NCBI GenBank assembly: GCA_036172245.1
Contig: JAYWIR010000068.1
Coordinates: forward strand, 124,001 to 188,000
From: Raillietiella orientalis
Lineage: Eukaryota
Reading direction: 5' to 3'
Length of the DNA stretch: 64,000 nt
How positions within the stretch are numbered: the first letter of the stretch is position 1; every line of letters begins with the position of its first letter. Below the pieces are notes generated by a model. It saw nothing but the letters and a program-made list of their open reading frames with translations, ran no database searches and was not told the origin of the DNA. Shown piece by piece: positions 47,251-62,100 of this stretch. Made by a program: the position numbers and the translations under genes.

Positions 47251-50195
47251 TCGTCACCCTTGTTTAGAGATCGTATCACTGGAAGTTTCCTGGATTTCAT
47301 TTGGTCTCGCAGTTGAGTCCAGAGTTGGCGCACAATGGTTCACCAACAGCAGCCTTTCTGGAAAATTAAGGTTACAGCGTTTTCACGCATTCGAAATGAT
47401 GCTACCTCACTAACACTTGCGTGAATTATTTCAAATCCTTTCGGAAGGATCAACGCACACTACAATTCTTCTTCCAGAACATCATATCCACTCACAGTCG
47501 CCATGCAAAAGAAACTGTCTGACGGTTCATAAAGATCACAGTATAGCCGCGATCGTTTGATCTTCTGTCAATTGCTCATCTAACCAGAGTCTCATTGCAA
47601 AAGAGCTGGAAACAAACATCCCACTCCATTTGCAACGAATGCTTTTCAAGCGTTCAAGTACTCATGCTGAGTTTTTTTTTTTTTTCTTCGTAATCCTTTC
47701 ACTGAATCTCTCAAGTATGACAAATTTCACAGTCTGTTCAAAGGAACGAGCCAAGGACTTACACAAGCAGAAGCAAAATAATGATAAGGCTTCTCGGAAG
47801 AAAAAGGAACACATGGAACGAATGAGGAGTTTCTTTTTAGAGTTTCAGTTTTTGTTGGCATTTCTGCTTTGAAGAGGTGGTCTCTTATCCCTAGCTGACT
47901 TTGCATGACATGAAAGCAAAAAGGTGGGCGACTTTTCATTTCTTTTTTAGAAAATCTGAACAAAGGCGCTAACACTTCCAATTCCATGTCGGGTTAAGGA
48001 TGGCTAGGAGTTGAAAATGCAATACAAGAATGCCAAACGTACGTAATGTAATAAACAAACTTCCATCTTATTCTGCAACCTCCACGCGTGTTTTCAGAAA
48101 CCGAAGAAATTCACATCCGTCTCCATCAGACTCTTTCAGTGTTTTTCTATTTTTTCGCAATTGTGCACAATTTGGTATCCTTATGAATGGTGTTCGCGAC
48201 GCAATTACTCCATTCGATTAGCTGTCCATTCGTCACGCTCTGTGTTCAGTTCTAACTGCACACGCCTCATGCACTTGACACCAAATAAAGCATATACAAG
48301 TCGTGCAGAAATGAAAACACGGAAATTGGAATCCATCGCGAATTATAACTGTTACCTATTATATGCTTGTTCTCTGCTCATATAATAAACAAATACAAAT
48401 ACGAGAAACCTAAGCTCTTAGAATATCGGTACATCGTGCAATGGATCTGTGCTCGACAACTCGGCTCCACTCAGGCAGAGAAGCGCCCTGTAGAAACGCA
48501 AAATGAAAAGAATGCCTGAGCGTCTATGCAACCTCACTTGTAAATCATTCCACTGGAATCAAACAAGATAGGCCTCGCACCTGTAAGCTACACGTGCACC
48601 CGATTCAGGAAATTGCTGAATCAGGAAATTGCTGATTTTCTTGCTAATGTGCTTGTTGCCACATTCTGAAAGAATTCCAACTTTTTCGTTAGCTAATTTT
48701 TTTTGCTATATTCTATTTAGAATTGCATTGTCCCATTTCAAAGAGCTTTCGATCACTAGTTTTAACATTAGTGACCAACAGTCTTTCATGTGCATTCAAT
48801 GCTCTTGTAATTTTATACAGCCTCCTCGTAGACGACGAACACCAAAACGTATGATTTGCTAAGAAGGAAATGAGTTTTTGTGAAGCTATTCAGGAAACCA
48901 CCAGATTACTGAAAACATTCCAACAGTACATAGAGTGCTTTGCAAGCATCCTATTCTTGTGCTGTGATTTTCAATAATTTGAAACATAACGCATAGTGAG
49001 TGAATAATAAATGTAGTATTTGGTGATTGACAATATGATAAAAACAGTTCAATTCTTCATATGTCTAATAAAGAATATTACGCTCATTTATATACATAAT
49101 AATAAAACATAAATGACAAAAAAAATGCAAAATAATTGTCAAAATTTAATTGTTGCCTATTTATCGCTAGATCATAGTAAAATCTTTGAAACGAGTGTGA
49201 AGTTTGATTTTGAAACTGTTCTGGAACCCATAAGGTTGCGGGCACAAAAAAAATTAAAGAAATGTATCCTCTCAAGAGGATAAATAATAAAAGTAAGTTT
49301 TCTTTTATGCAGACACTCAAGAAAGGAGGAAGTGGTTAGATATGTGTCTGAAAAAGAGCAGAACAGTGGACGAAGATGTGGTCTACAAATCAATGCTAAT
49401 TATAATGATACAAATAATAACAACCACGAATATTTATTTTTACTTCGATGAATTCGATGGAGAATCATCTGAGAGTCTACAAATGATTCTAGTGCTCATT
49501 CCCAATGAAAAAATTCCATGTTTATTCACTAACTTTAAAATACATAGGAGATGGGAATATGCATAAACGAAGATGAATCCACAGGTGTGTATCAAACAAC
49601 GATTACATGAATTGTTCATCTGCAAAGCACCCAATATACCTTTATCTTTATATTTTAGCTGTACGTTTTCGAAAAAATTATTCCGGAGCTGGGTGGAATA
49701 TCTCAGGGAGATTTTAATCAATTATGGAATGTTCTGTGTATAGTGCCTCCCACCCTTCTTATTCCATGAGTATACGTGATCAGTTACACTTCTCTATTAA
49801 TCATGTTATTATCGGTAACGTTTCTTGATTTCTCGCTACTAATCTTCCGTAGTTTAGTGTTTACAAGAGGTTTCCTTGAAATGGTGTTTTTCGATTGCGG
49901 CTTACAAATATTTACAATGTATATCTGGCTACCCGTGATTTTATGACGTTTGAGTTAGCCGTGGATAGGAGGTATGAGCTTTTCCAGTTCCTGGAAAAGT
50001 AGCAATTTCGAGATCGTAACATGTGTATTTAGCTCATTCAGTTGCAAAACGGTTAGGTAAAAGAAATGCTAGTTTTGGTTTTCACTTACCTTGAGCAGAA
50101 TCCATCTGATTTTTGTTAAAAAGAAGAACCCGTGTTTTCTACATACCGATATGCTTTATTAGCATTTAATTTGTATTAACTTGGCTGTTTTCAAC

Positions 50196-53100
50196 ATGTT
50201 GTATGTATTCCATGTAGAAACCGGGACGCAATACACAATCAACGTAAATGTTGCCTTAGAAAGGTAAACCTTTCGTAGACATTTGTTAAATCTAATTAAT
50301 TATTCCTCATCCGTACCTTCTCTAAGCAAATTTAAAGTGACTAATTCAGTACATAATTCAGTGCACAGGCAGTGTGAGTGCTAATCTTCTAATTATTTTT
50401 AGCATATCGGATCTTAAAGACAAGATCCATGAGATTTCGCATATTGTACCCAACAAGCAAGTTTTGTTGGTAACTGGTGGGCAACCTGTGAAGTCAACTG
50501 GAAAAATATATGATTATAGGGGTGCCGGAACCGATACAAATCCAATTTATCTTTTCAATCAAGAGCTACTAGAATATGATTCTGAAATAGCAGCATCATC
50601 TAATCAAGTTTCAGAGCTTGGTAACTGATTTTATGCTGCTTTTAGCATCTTTCTAATGAAAATTTTTTTTTTTTAGCGATTGAAAATGAATTTACAGGGA
50701 GGATTACTGAAATTTCTCAGTTGAGCCCATCAATTCAAGCAATTAGATGCCATACATCAATAGCAAAAGATATATTTGAACGGGGAGAAACAGAAAAATC
50801 AAAAATATATCAGCTCTGTGATGATCAGCAAAAGCAGCATCAAGGTAGATGTTAATTGGTTTGTGAAAGCATTAGTTGCATTAGGTAAATCTCCAAGTTG
50901 CAGTCTTTGACAAATAGTCAAGTGTAAACAATTGTGAATACTTTATACAGTAATACAAATTATGGTATGCTAAGGCAGTTTCACGATTTGAAATGTAAAG
51001 TCTCATTTTATCAGTTAGCTTTACAGCGTATGCTATTTGAAAATCATTGATAGATTTCCTGTTAGAATTTATCAAGAATTTCCAGTCTCTGAAAGTATTG
51101 TATATGAACTCTTGACCTTGTTCAAGTAAAATAATTGAATCTAATGAAACATGATGATCCATGTGAAAACATTGGCAGCAAAAACAGGCATTTATCAGCA
51201 CATATGCATGTTTACAAAGGGCATATTTGAAAGAAACAAAAACAAAAACATTCTGTGAAATTTACCTGAAGGGTCTCGAGTTCTAAATTCCTTAATTTAA
51301 ATTGATGTTCAGTTCTGTCCTCATTGTTATACGGCTTAGTGTTGATTGGAGAAATCACATTATAATCAACTATATTAAAGTTCAAATGCTTTGATAGTCA
51401 GTATGACTGTACAGCTGGTAATTTTTACAATCTAATTGGAGTGATAGGAATGAAAAAGAATCTGAATGACTGCATGGAAGATATGGATGTAGATACACTT
51501 GCACACACACACTTAAGACTGCAAAAATTCATTGTATCAGGCTTTTGAAGGTAACCATTGCAATATCATTTGAGATTTGCAGTGTATCATATTTGGATAA
51601 ATGCTTAAGTTATGCATAAGTTTTGCATCAGGCAAAGGACATATTTGTATATGTACAACATAACCAGAGGTGTGATGCTCGCCAGGACTAGTTACCAGGT
51701 TGTAGCACTTTTATGCAGACATGAAAGTTTGTGAGACAAATTATTTTTCATCTATAAATGTTTCAAATTGTGTGCCTAATAAAAAAAGTCTTACACTTCA
51801 GTATTTAAATTTTCTGTTTGGGAAAAGTGAAAGTTTGTGTTTATTGGTGCCTGTTTTTAAATATGTTAAAAAAATTAAAAATTCTGTGATTGAATGAATA
51901 ATAGCTTTTGCCCTATCACTTAATATTTTCGTTTCTTAATCTGAAGGAATTATTGGTAAGCAGATATGTTGATAATCTTGAATTAGACAAACCTATTATA
52001 GCAGGGTTATGCTTTGACTCAGTCTGTTAGATGGAATGAGTTGAAACAAATGGCATGGAGTTGCCTGGATATCAGGAAAAAAGGGAACAATTCCTAGTAT
52101 TTTGCTAGTGAGTTAATTACGGGATGATAATCAGTAAGAACCTCAAGGGGAATCATTTGTAAAAGAGGAAATCAAATACTTGATTCATGTTTATTACATT
52201 CTGATTTAGCAAAAAGTAAAGTTTCAGTTTTTTAAATGTAACTTTGAACAGAAATTGCATCATTATTTGGAGGTTCTTTGGTTCTATAACGATTTTCAGT
52301 GTTTCAGTATTCCTGTAATCCGAATGTGTTTTGCTTTCCGGTGTGATAGTATCTGCTGTTCATGTGAGAGTTCTTTGAGTTATCTGTTTTCTTTTAGCAT
52401 CCAGATGTTTTTGTTCTTTTTAAGTTAATCTGACTGACTGTGCATACATTCCAGTGCTTTGTTAGAAGTTTCAAATTAAGATGTTTCGCTGCTTACTGCT
52501 TTAATGCCCTGCATATATGGGAATGCATCAGAGGGTTTATTTCATCATTGATGATGGTAGCAAACATTTATTCTTTATTTCGAAAGTTGCCCTTTCGATT
52601 TGTGTGTGCTTGAAACGTATCAGTAGGATGTTATTCTTTGGATACTACTAGATGAAAAATAGCATATGAGCTTAAATGTTTGTAAGGTCATTTATAGGAT
52701 TGCCGTGACCGATGTCACATTCAAATTAAGGAAGGGAATGTCACATTCAAATTAAGCAGTTCTGAATGCTAACCTCTTTATTTCGCGTGCCCACCAAGGA
52801 GACATTCTCGCGAAAAATCGGGCCTTCTAGTCTGAGTGCATCAAATTTTAGCCAAGGGTTTGTATTTAAAATGTTGTGTTAGTGCACTTATTGCGGTATT
52901 AAATTTAACTAAGTTTGAGAGAGGTTTAGCATCTTTTTCATCAAAGCGATTTCTATCTTGCTTAACAACGTGATAGGTTTCCAATAATTCTAGGTAAATT
53001 TCAGTTTTAAATATATATATATATGCCTTATTGCGTTTATGATTGAATGCCAATTGTACAGGGGCCACTTGTTATTGAACCGGGGCTAATGAACTTCTTC

Positions 53101-56100
53101 GTAGGCTGGCAGACGGTCATGGCTAATGTGGAGGAGGTACGCACCAAGTTTCGAGAAAACGTGGAAAAAATACAGAAGCATGTAGCGCAGTTCCTACAAG
53201 AACGAGATGAATACATGAGGTATTCGGAAAAGTGAGTATGGGAGATTCCTCAATGGGCACGAGACGTATGTGAAGAGATCTTAAAGAATGGCATAATTTA
53301 GGAACTTTGAACCTGCCTTTCGGCAGTGTTCCCATGAATGTTGTTCTCGTGTCCGTTCGAGGTCGTCGTCACCTTGCAGATGTTTCTGTGTTTTGTACGT
53401 TCTGCAGAAATCGTCGATCATTCTCATGTGGTGGAAAGATAGCAGCATTGACGTTTGTGAAACATCCGCGTAGTACAGAGAAGCGCGTTGTTTTCCCACG
53501 TGTGATAACCCTTTTATATGCCATTAATTCATTATTGCTGTGCCATATCTGTGCTATCGAAGTAGGGAGCAGCTGCTGCATCAAGGATGATGTTTCGGAC
53601 CCTTAAGAAATCCTGTGAAGGGCGACAGATTTCGACCTCTGGAACGGATTGCTCTGCCGCTTTCGCACAGCTTCGTCTTGCGTTCATGTGGACCACAGAT
53701 CTCGAACTGTGAAACTGTTGAGCAAAGAGTCGCCTAAGATATCTGATCGCGTAAGCGATGTCAAGAGTTTTGCTCTTCTGCAAAGTCGTGTACGGAACAC
53801 GCCCCAACGGGGATGAAGATACCCGCAGAGTGTATAAAATCAGCGATATCTGGTCCCAGCTTGCAGGGCCCTCATTTCATGGGGACCCTCCGAAACAAGG
53901 GCTACAAAATAACGAGTATTTTTTCTTTTCTTTTCTTTTTTTTTTTTTTAAGGAAAATTACCAAGTTAACAAGAGTCCAAGAACGCAAGGAGTTTGATGC
54001 AAAAACTATGTTGCTCGTATGTGTTTAATTGCATTTGTTGATGACATGAAGTGCTCGGGTAGGATTTGGGTGCGTTGACCTGGCCTGGCAAATTTGATAA
54101 ACATAGCGTAACATAAACATGCGGCGTTCATGTTTGTGTTACACTTTCGTTCATGTTTTCCATTCACTGTGGAAAATGGTTTTGAAGTTGAAGGTGAACA
54201 AACGTCGCCGGTCCTCTCGGGTCCGTGTGATTTTCCATAAAGCGGTGGGACCAAATGGACCTGCGGATGGTCGTATTCCCCTGCAAACGTCCAGTTCAAG
54301 AAAGATGCTCTCGGTTAGGGAACACGTGATCGGTATGGTCCATGCAGTTGCCAGGTTGTGACCTCCGCAGGTCGCGTGTTGTTCTGATAAGTGGAAACCC
54401 AACGTTTATTCGCATTCGACAAGATTCGGCCGCTGCGATGTCTCTTGCCGAGTCGAGAAACCAAAGAAGAGAGAGAGAGAGTGGAGGAACCCTGCGGTCA
54501 CGAGCAGCAAGATTCACCGGTCCGATCAGGGGGACGTGCATTTGCATATGCTGGTGTCGGTTCTTGATGAAGATTACCGCGTTGGAGCTTCGTTACTGCT
54601 AAGCCGGTGCCATCTTGCAGTTGTAATCCGCTTCGTAGTCGAATGCAGTGCACGTTATGCAGAGAACAGTCATTCATTCATATTTGCTCCATCAGATAGT
54701 AAAGAACATGACTGAGATCAGCCTCTTATGGTATAGTTATCATCGGATCCCAGACGCCCATGGGTCACGTTGCCTTGAAGCAAGAATGCTATTCGACATC
54801 CCTGAGGGACAGTTTCTCGAATAAGTGAACGTTATGGTGCATGATTGCGTGGTTTGAGGAGCGATTCCCATCTCAGAATAAAAAGTCGTCCGCAGTACAC
54901 GTAAACAAAATTCGATTTCGAAACAAACTGATTCCCTTTATAAAGTCCACCAGACAAACATTTTCACTGCTCTCTTATGTTTTTATGTACCAGCGGTTCG
55001 ATCTATGGTTGGGTTGTGGGTATCGTGGATGGAATGTTTTGCTTGCGTAAGAATGTTGTTGTCCACTTGCGAGCTTCACGCTTTCAGGTGTATTGGTCTT
55101 GCCATAGTCCTGCTTATTTGTTTTACAGTACTTGGAAATACACAAAGTTTATCGTGCGTGGTCCGCACGCATTTCAACTCGACCGTTTTCGAAGGTCGGG
55201 AGGATCCCTGCTGGCAGGGCGATTTTCCATGCCCTGAGGCGTCAAAGGTCACAGTACTTTGAACAGTGCGTTCTTGAACCTGCCAAGCAGAACGGATAAT
55301 GGAGGCATTCTCATTGTCGAGCTTTCAGAAATTGCATTCATTAAGCGCCAAACTGGAAACTCGCAGCGTTTCATCGCGTAAATGAGAGTCGTTCTTTTGC
55401 TAGCTGTGGTGTTTTTCTGCTGCTGTTGCCCTTTCCCTTCCTGTCGCGGATACATGCAATTTCGCTTGTTGTGCTGGGTTGAGGGTCTTTCTCCGGGTCT
55501 TCTGCCCAGTGTCCCGCTTATCAAAAGGTAGCCTGTGCCTGGAAGGAAACTTGGGTCAAGAGACGAGCTTTCTTTTCTGTTATCTCAATGAATTTTATTT
55601 GTCGAACTGCACGGGGAAGCGTTCTTTGAGCGAAGTGTTTCGCTTGACAGACTGTACTGCGTGTATCATGTACGCTGTATGCTGTATTTGTTCGTATTGT
55701 GTTGTGTCTCTCCATTCAGTCTAATGTATGGAACGTGCTCTCTGTCTTAAATTCCTTCGAGTGCTTCAAGTGATCAGCACGTGTCGAAGATGTTTGCATG
55801 GTTGGAGACGCATATGGTGACATTGTATTAGTTGAGGACGCTTCTGGCCACGTTGTGTTGGTCTTGCGTTTTGTGAGGTGATGCGTGGGAACAATATCTT
55901 AAGCCTGAGCCTCTCTGTAACCTCTCTTAATCGCTGCGTTTTCCATGCGAGCCCGCAACCCTTGGCGGCCACCCCGTCCAGCGTGGTCACACTGCCGCGA
56001 GCGGTAACAGAAGAAAAAGAAAATTTTGCAAAAAAAAAAAAAAAAATCAACATTGCTATTTAAGACTCAAAAGTGATCTTTTGGATTTTTGCCAAATGGT

Positions 56101-59100
56101 TTATCACCAAATGGACAGGAATGTGGAACATGACATTTTATGCTTTGGTTTCTATCATGAAGGAAAAAAAAAAATCTAACTTTTTTTACGTAATCCCCTG
56201 ACTAAGCATGTGAATCCTACTCTGTTGCAGCCTCCACTTGGTACATGATGTTCTTTCCCGTCTGTTCATTCCCAGTAACTTGCTGAAAAGCATTTATATC
56301 CCCCATTACACGGATCTGTCGGAAGAACAAAATCTGAAAACGGAAAAGCACCCCTCCGAAGTGAAGTTTCAAGTGGGGTCCCCCTCATCCTGTAAACTTC
56401 GATCGATTCTTGTTTGCATGCATTTCAACCGCATCCGTTTTAGATGAATTCGATGAGAACAACCAGAAACCCTTATCCTTGTTAGACTGGCTCAATTACC
56501 AAGGAGGAGATACGACTCTTCAGAAACTGCTTGAAGACACTTCACGTAGTCTGGAGCAGGTACATTCTCAAGTACTTGGTTTTCAGTACAGTCTTGTGCA
56601 ATCAGTTTGAGGAGTCAAAGTTGAGTGCTCTTTTCCAAGACGTGCAAGCATTACTGGACAAAACAGAACTCACGGATTTGACAGAAATCCGTGGCATTGC
56701 TAGTCGATTTGCTAGTTTGTCATCCTATGTAGATGAAGCTAGAAACATTGTTGCTCACCAAAAAGAGCTTTATGATGTGAGTACATATGTGATCATGCGT
56801 TGGTGATTATCAGAATGGTAGGAGTTCTTGAATCATCAGAGAAGTGCTGTTAGTGCCAATGATAAATCCGTCTTGCCTGAATTGTGTCACATTCACTTGG
56901 AGCAACTGCAAGTCATGAATGGGAACCATCAACATTTGCTGAAGATTGTAGCCCTGTGTGCCACTGCTAAGAGCGAGTTGTGCATCAATCTGCTCATGCG
57001 GCTCAAGTGAGCACAGCAAGTTTGGATCACTATCCAGATAATGTGTGCCAGATGGGTGGTGTCTTATGAGAAGAGCATCTCACGGGAGGTACATCGCTTG
57101 TACGGGTGCCACGAAGGCATGAAACGGCTTAAGCGCCAGCTTGGTTTCCTGTGTCAGATCCAGTCTACTCCACGGTTATTTGTGCATAGCCTTAAGGAAG
57201 CAGTACGCAGACGCGTGTCATCTCAGATAACCGCCAAGGTAAAACAAATCGCGCCCCTCCGGTTTCTAAAGGAAAACTGCTCCATAGTGGGCAGCCGAAT
57301 TATACGATACTCTGTTGCAACTTCATCAGCAGGAGGTGGAAGCTCGTCAAACGTTCATCAATGAAATGAATGACCACTTTCTACTGATGTTGTTTCCTGG
57401 GATGAACGAGTTTCCTCAAATGCTCATGAAGCAGTCTTTCCAGCCATGCGATATGAATATTCCAGAGGTGGGGTGTTTGTGTTCTGTATCTGAGCCCCAT
57501 GATTTCTTTTGTAGATCACGATGTCCGATTTTCGTGCGGCACTGGCACAAGTGAGTGAGGACATAGCCAAAGAGCATCTGACTGACATGAAAATCCCGTT
57601 CGTCTCTATCCGTGTTTGTCAGCGCCGCATTTCGGATGACCAGCAGTCGTCTGTTGATTTGGCGCAAAGTACTGAAAAGGTTGGCATTTGATTTCACCGC
57701 AGGCACTTCATTTCACCGTTGACTTAGGAACTTTTGCGCAATGCCATGAAAATAATGGTCAATCAGCTCCGCAGCCTCAAGAAGGAACTGAATGTTACGT
57801 TTCAGAATGTCTGTGGGTGGCAAATCAGTGTGTGTGAGTTGGCACAGAATTTATCACGGCATGTAGAGGAGCTGCAGAACAAGTTAACCCAATATAAAAA
57901 CCAGCTTTCACAAGCAGATGGCGAGGTGCGGAATCTGCAAAAGCAGCTGGAGAATGAAAGGGTGGCTGCCCTGGAACAACAGGGAGCCTTACGTGAGTCA
58001 CTCACGTCCGAGCAAGAGAAAACAATCAAACAGCTGACTCTGGAGCACGAATTGGATCTGGAGGCTTTGAGAGAAGCGAGCGCCCAAGAAGTGCGTGCTC
58101 TTAGACATCAGTTGTCTCTGGAGAAGGCACGGAGCGACATGCTTCAGGCCGAAAACGAGAAACTGACCACCGGAATGGCACAGGCTGTCGAGAAAATGCA
58201 AGCAGAGCGGGAGAAGAAGCTAAGAGAAGAGGAGGAGGAGCGAGCGGCCTCGCAGTGCCGATCCTTAGAGCAGACTCTGAATGAGAGGCATCGTCAGTTT
58301 GTCTCCCAGCTGCTGTCAGAGCACCAGGCAGTCCTGAAGAGACAAAGAGACGAACATCTGCAAGAAATGGAGGGCCTCAGGCTGCGTTTCCGTTTGATGA
58401 CCAGCAGCAGCGAACGCACTGCCAGTGAGAGCAGCCTTGAAAAAGTGGAGGTTAGTCGAAAGTTGGTAATAGCATAGTTGAGCGGATTCTACAGAAAGAC
58501 GATGTGCTGGAAACGTCCCGATACGAGAAAATTATCGAGGACTTGAAAATGCAGGTGGATCAGTTGGAGTCGGAAAAGAAAGCATGGCAAACGGAATCGC
58601 TGAGAATTTATTCCAGGAATGAGGCTCCCGACGAAGACGTGATGTTGCTGTCCATGCAGAGGAGGTGAGGCATCTCAGCACCGGTTTGATGTGCTATTTC
58701 GGTGTACGTGTTGTGAGTTGGCTTTTTTATCCCGCTACTGCAATAATAAACCTTGTACCTTGCAGCTAGAATAATTCCATAACTGCGATTCGCATCACCC
58801 GAAAGGGCTCTGGAGCATTTCGAGCGTTTCCACTTGTTTCTGGATGCACAAAGGCGTTCCCAGCTAGCTTGTAGGTGCTCGTAACACTCGCCTGCGTCTC
58901 CCTCTTTTCGTGTTTGTTTTCGGGGGTGTTATCCGTGCAAAGAGTGCAGTTCCGGGTCCCAAACGTTCACCAGCGAATGCCAAAAGCACACGGATTGATT
59001 GAACTATTGGTCCGGGTCAAGCCACAGAAACAAACCATGCTGTGCTGCTGCTGCTGCTGCTGTTGTTGTTGCCTGCTTGCGTGCGTTGACTTCTTTCGTT

Positions 59101-62100
59101 TTCCGGAATGCAGCAACCGTAAACACCAGCAGCGTGCCTCTTGCGTAAAGAGCGTGCGCATGCGTATCTGCTGAAGGTGCGAACGACCAAACTCGGTGGC
59201 TTCTTTTAACGTAGCAGAATTCAGAGTTCGCGTTCCGAATCGGCACTTCAGCGCATGCGCCTTCAACACGAAGAAGGCGCCCAGTTTCGGATGCGCCTCG
59301 TTCGCCCTGCCCTCCGTAACCGTGGTGTCGGACGCTCGAGGAGCTTCTTCCGTTTGGTCCTGTCAGAGGGATTGCCTGCTGCCGAGTACGTGTGCGCGAA
59401 AAGGGGAGGGGGGAGAAGCGATGCTTTCCTATTCAAAGTCTGAGAGATTAAATTTGCTTTGCTGTTTTTTCCTGATTTTGGTGTGTTTGCTTTCGCCTCG
59501 GGCGATTCCGGTCACATAGGACCTTTGGAATCGGCCGCTTGCAGTTTCCAAAGTGATTCTGGCCGGCAGTCGAAGGTGGTGGGAAATTTTCGCAGAGTGG
59601 GTTTCAGGGGAGGCTGACCCACGCTTATCTCACTTCGATTCTTGCAAGTCTCATTTACTCGGCAAGTGCTTGCGGGCAGCGCCTGCGCAACTCATAAATT
59701 GGCAGGGTACGGATTCCGCACTCGGCCCGGTCAGCTCTGTGGTCAGCTGCGAGATTGGAGAGCAGTTTGGTGATCGATCACGACACCCGACGCGTTTCTG
59801 ACGATTCGTCGTCCAATTTGCGTGTGCTGGTGGACCGTTTAAGAGAAGCAGCTCGAGAGATCGTACGCGCAGAGCGACGAACGTGCTTTCAGGGATGCGG
59901 GGGATGTGCGGAATGCGCGAGGAGGGATTGCCTGTGTGACCTCTCAGTGGATCCACTCCTGCGCCACGCGTTTCTCTGTGTCTGCGTGGTTTGTGTACCG
60001 CGTCCCGCGGACGAACGCAGAGCAGAGGCACCTTGTTGTGGTTCGTGGATGCACAGTCCTTTTCTCATGATGGACGCGCCACCAAGGAGGGAGGACTTTA
60101 CTGAGGCATTGCGTCCACGGAAGCCTCTGCTTTCGCCACGCTCCCATAGTAAGGATGTGGTTCTTCTCGACGGATTTTCAGAAACCGTTGGAATACGGCC
60201 GAAGTACCGGTCGCTCGCGTGCCTTCAGAATTGCTTGCTTGGCGACCGAAAGTCATTTGTGACCCCTCTCAGGAATTGAGAATGGTTTATAACTGACAGA
60301 GTCGTGGGTGTGTGCGCTGGCGGCACCAGTAAGTTTCGGATGCGTTCGTGCCGGAGGCTTCCGAGTGGCTGCTGGCGCACCGTGAATCCCGCGCGGACCT
60401 TCCGTTGCGACGTCACGGGATTCGAGATCCGGGAATTCCATGCGCCCTGCAGAGTTCCGCGTGCAGGTGGGGCCTGCAGCGCGACGAGCGCCAACGTGAT
60501 CACCGAAGGATTTCGCGGAGCCGTAGCCACACGGCTGACAACGCGGGATGCAGGATCCCTGCGCGTGGTACCAGGCGTAGTGGGCCCGAATGCCATGGGG
60601 GATCGACGCCGAGAACGGGGGGTGCGTCTTGGGTTTCGAGTCTCCCCGCAGGATGGCGCTGGTCTCGGACTTCGGGCGCGCGACGCCGGTGGAGACCGGA
60701 AACCCTCTGATGCTCCCGTTGACTGGCCGGGATTTGGAAGCTCATCCTGCGGGATCCTTCCAGGTACTCAGGGTTCGGGTTCCCTTAAGGTCGGGTTTCC
60801 CTTCCGGTTGCGCAAATGGAGCCATCCCCTTCCCCCTCGTGGAGGGTCCCCCATCTCGCACCATGGAGCTGGTCGATACTTTCCTCAGGAGGGTTGTGCA
60901 AGAAGCGCGCTTCTCCCTTCAGGGTTCTCTTCAGAGGGGGAGAGGAGGGTGACAAGGAGAGGTTCCCTTGCGGGTTCCTTCCGGAGAAGAAACGAGGAGA
61001 AGTGGCCCCCTCCGGGGGTCCCTCCAGAGAGGATAAGGGAGAGATTCCCTTCGGGTTTCCCCGCCAAGCGTTAGAGGAACGGACCCTTTCCTCCGAAGCT
61101 TTCCTGGATCCATTGGGTGGTGTCTCCTGCGAGCTGCGGCTCCGCTTCTAAGCAGTGCAGCGCTCGCGGTCCATCGCCACTGCCGTCCGTCTGCCGCCGT
61201 CAAGCGGCTCCGTGGCGAAACGAACTTCCCGAGGAAAGGGCCACTTCCGTCGCCTACTTCTAGCGCAGTGGCGGCCACCCATGCGGTTCGCCCGCTCTCG
61301 CTTCGGAACCACCAGGAGAGTTTGCGCTCCCCAATGCGCTGCAGCAAGGCAGCATCCTTCACCATCTCCGGCCGCGTACGGGCTGCGCCCCGTCCTCACC
61401 GCCAGGGGCGAACAGTGCTGCTCTTCCTGACCTTTTTCTTCGTGCCCTGCGCGGCGAAGACGTGTTCGCCCTCGAGCTCTTTGCCATCTGTTTACCTTCA
61501 GGAAGCATTCGTAACCAATTCTCTACGTTTCAGCACGACCAGTATCAGATCTCCGGAAGACAGACTGGGGTCCCTCTTTCTGGAAGCCCTGTCGAACGCG
61601 AAGGTGAGTGCTCTTTGTTCTCGGGCATCTTCCGCAGCCGCGGGGCCACCTCATCCCTCAAGCTGCTTGTGTCCGTCGGAGTGATCTGACCGCTCCAAAG
61701 ATCGACAGTGCACCACTCCTCCCTCGCTGCCGGTGTCCGCCCACCCCTGCCAAAGTCTGTTCGTCCTGCGTCAAACTTGGCCTTCGCCGGGAGGGCGTGA
61801 CCGTTCCCGTACAGCCTTCGCAAAACACTTGATTTCTTCTGACTCCGCGCCGGAGACCTCCCGTGGATTGCGTTCGTGCCTGCTCGGGCATGCGAAGTCG
61901 CGCAGCTGCAGGTTCTCCCCTTCCATGCAGCCGAAACGCATCTTTCAGTCGCGTTCTTCCTCCTTCGCGTCCGATCCCCGAGGAAACAGGTGCGCCCTCG
62001 GATGGTGCCATGCGGTGGGTATGCGTAGTGCTCTTCAAAAGTCTTCTCGGTTCAAGCGAACCGGAGGTTTGGGTCTCCAGTGCAACGGTACGGCGCACTC

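Noticed and set aside
47300..49800. Further mariner-like hints (EQLTEDQ, GWEALY)
   Set aside because: Single short motifs in AT-rich DNA; too weak to call.
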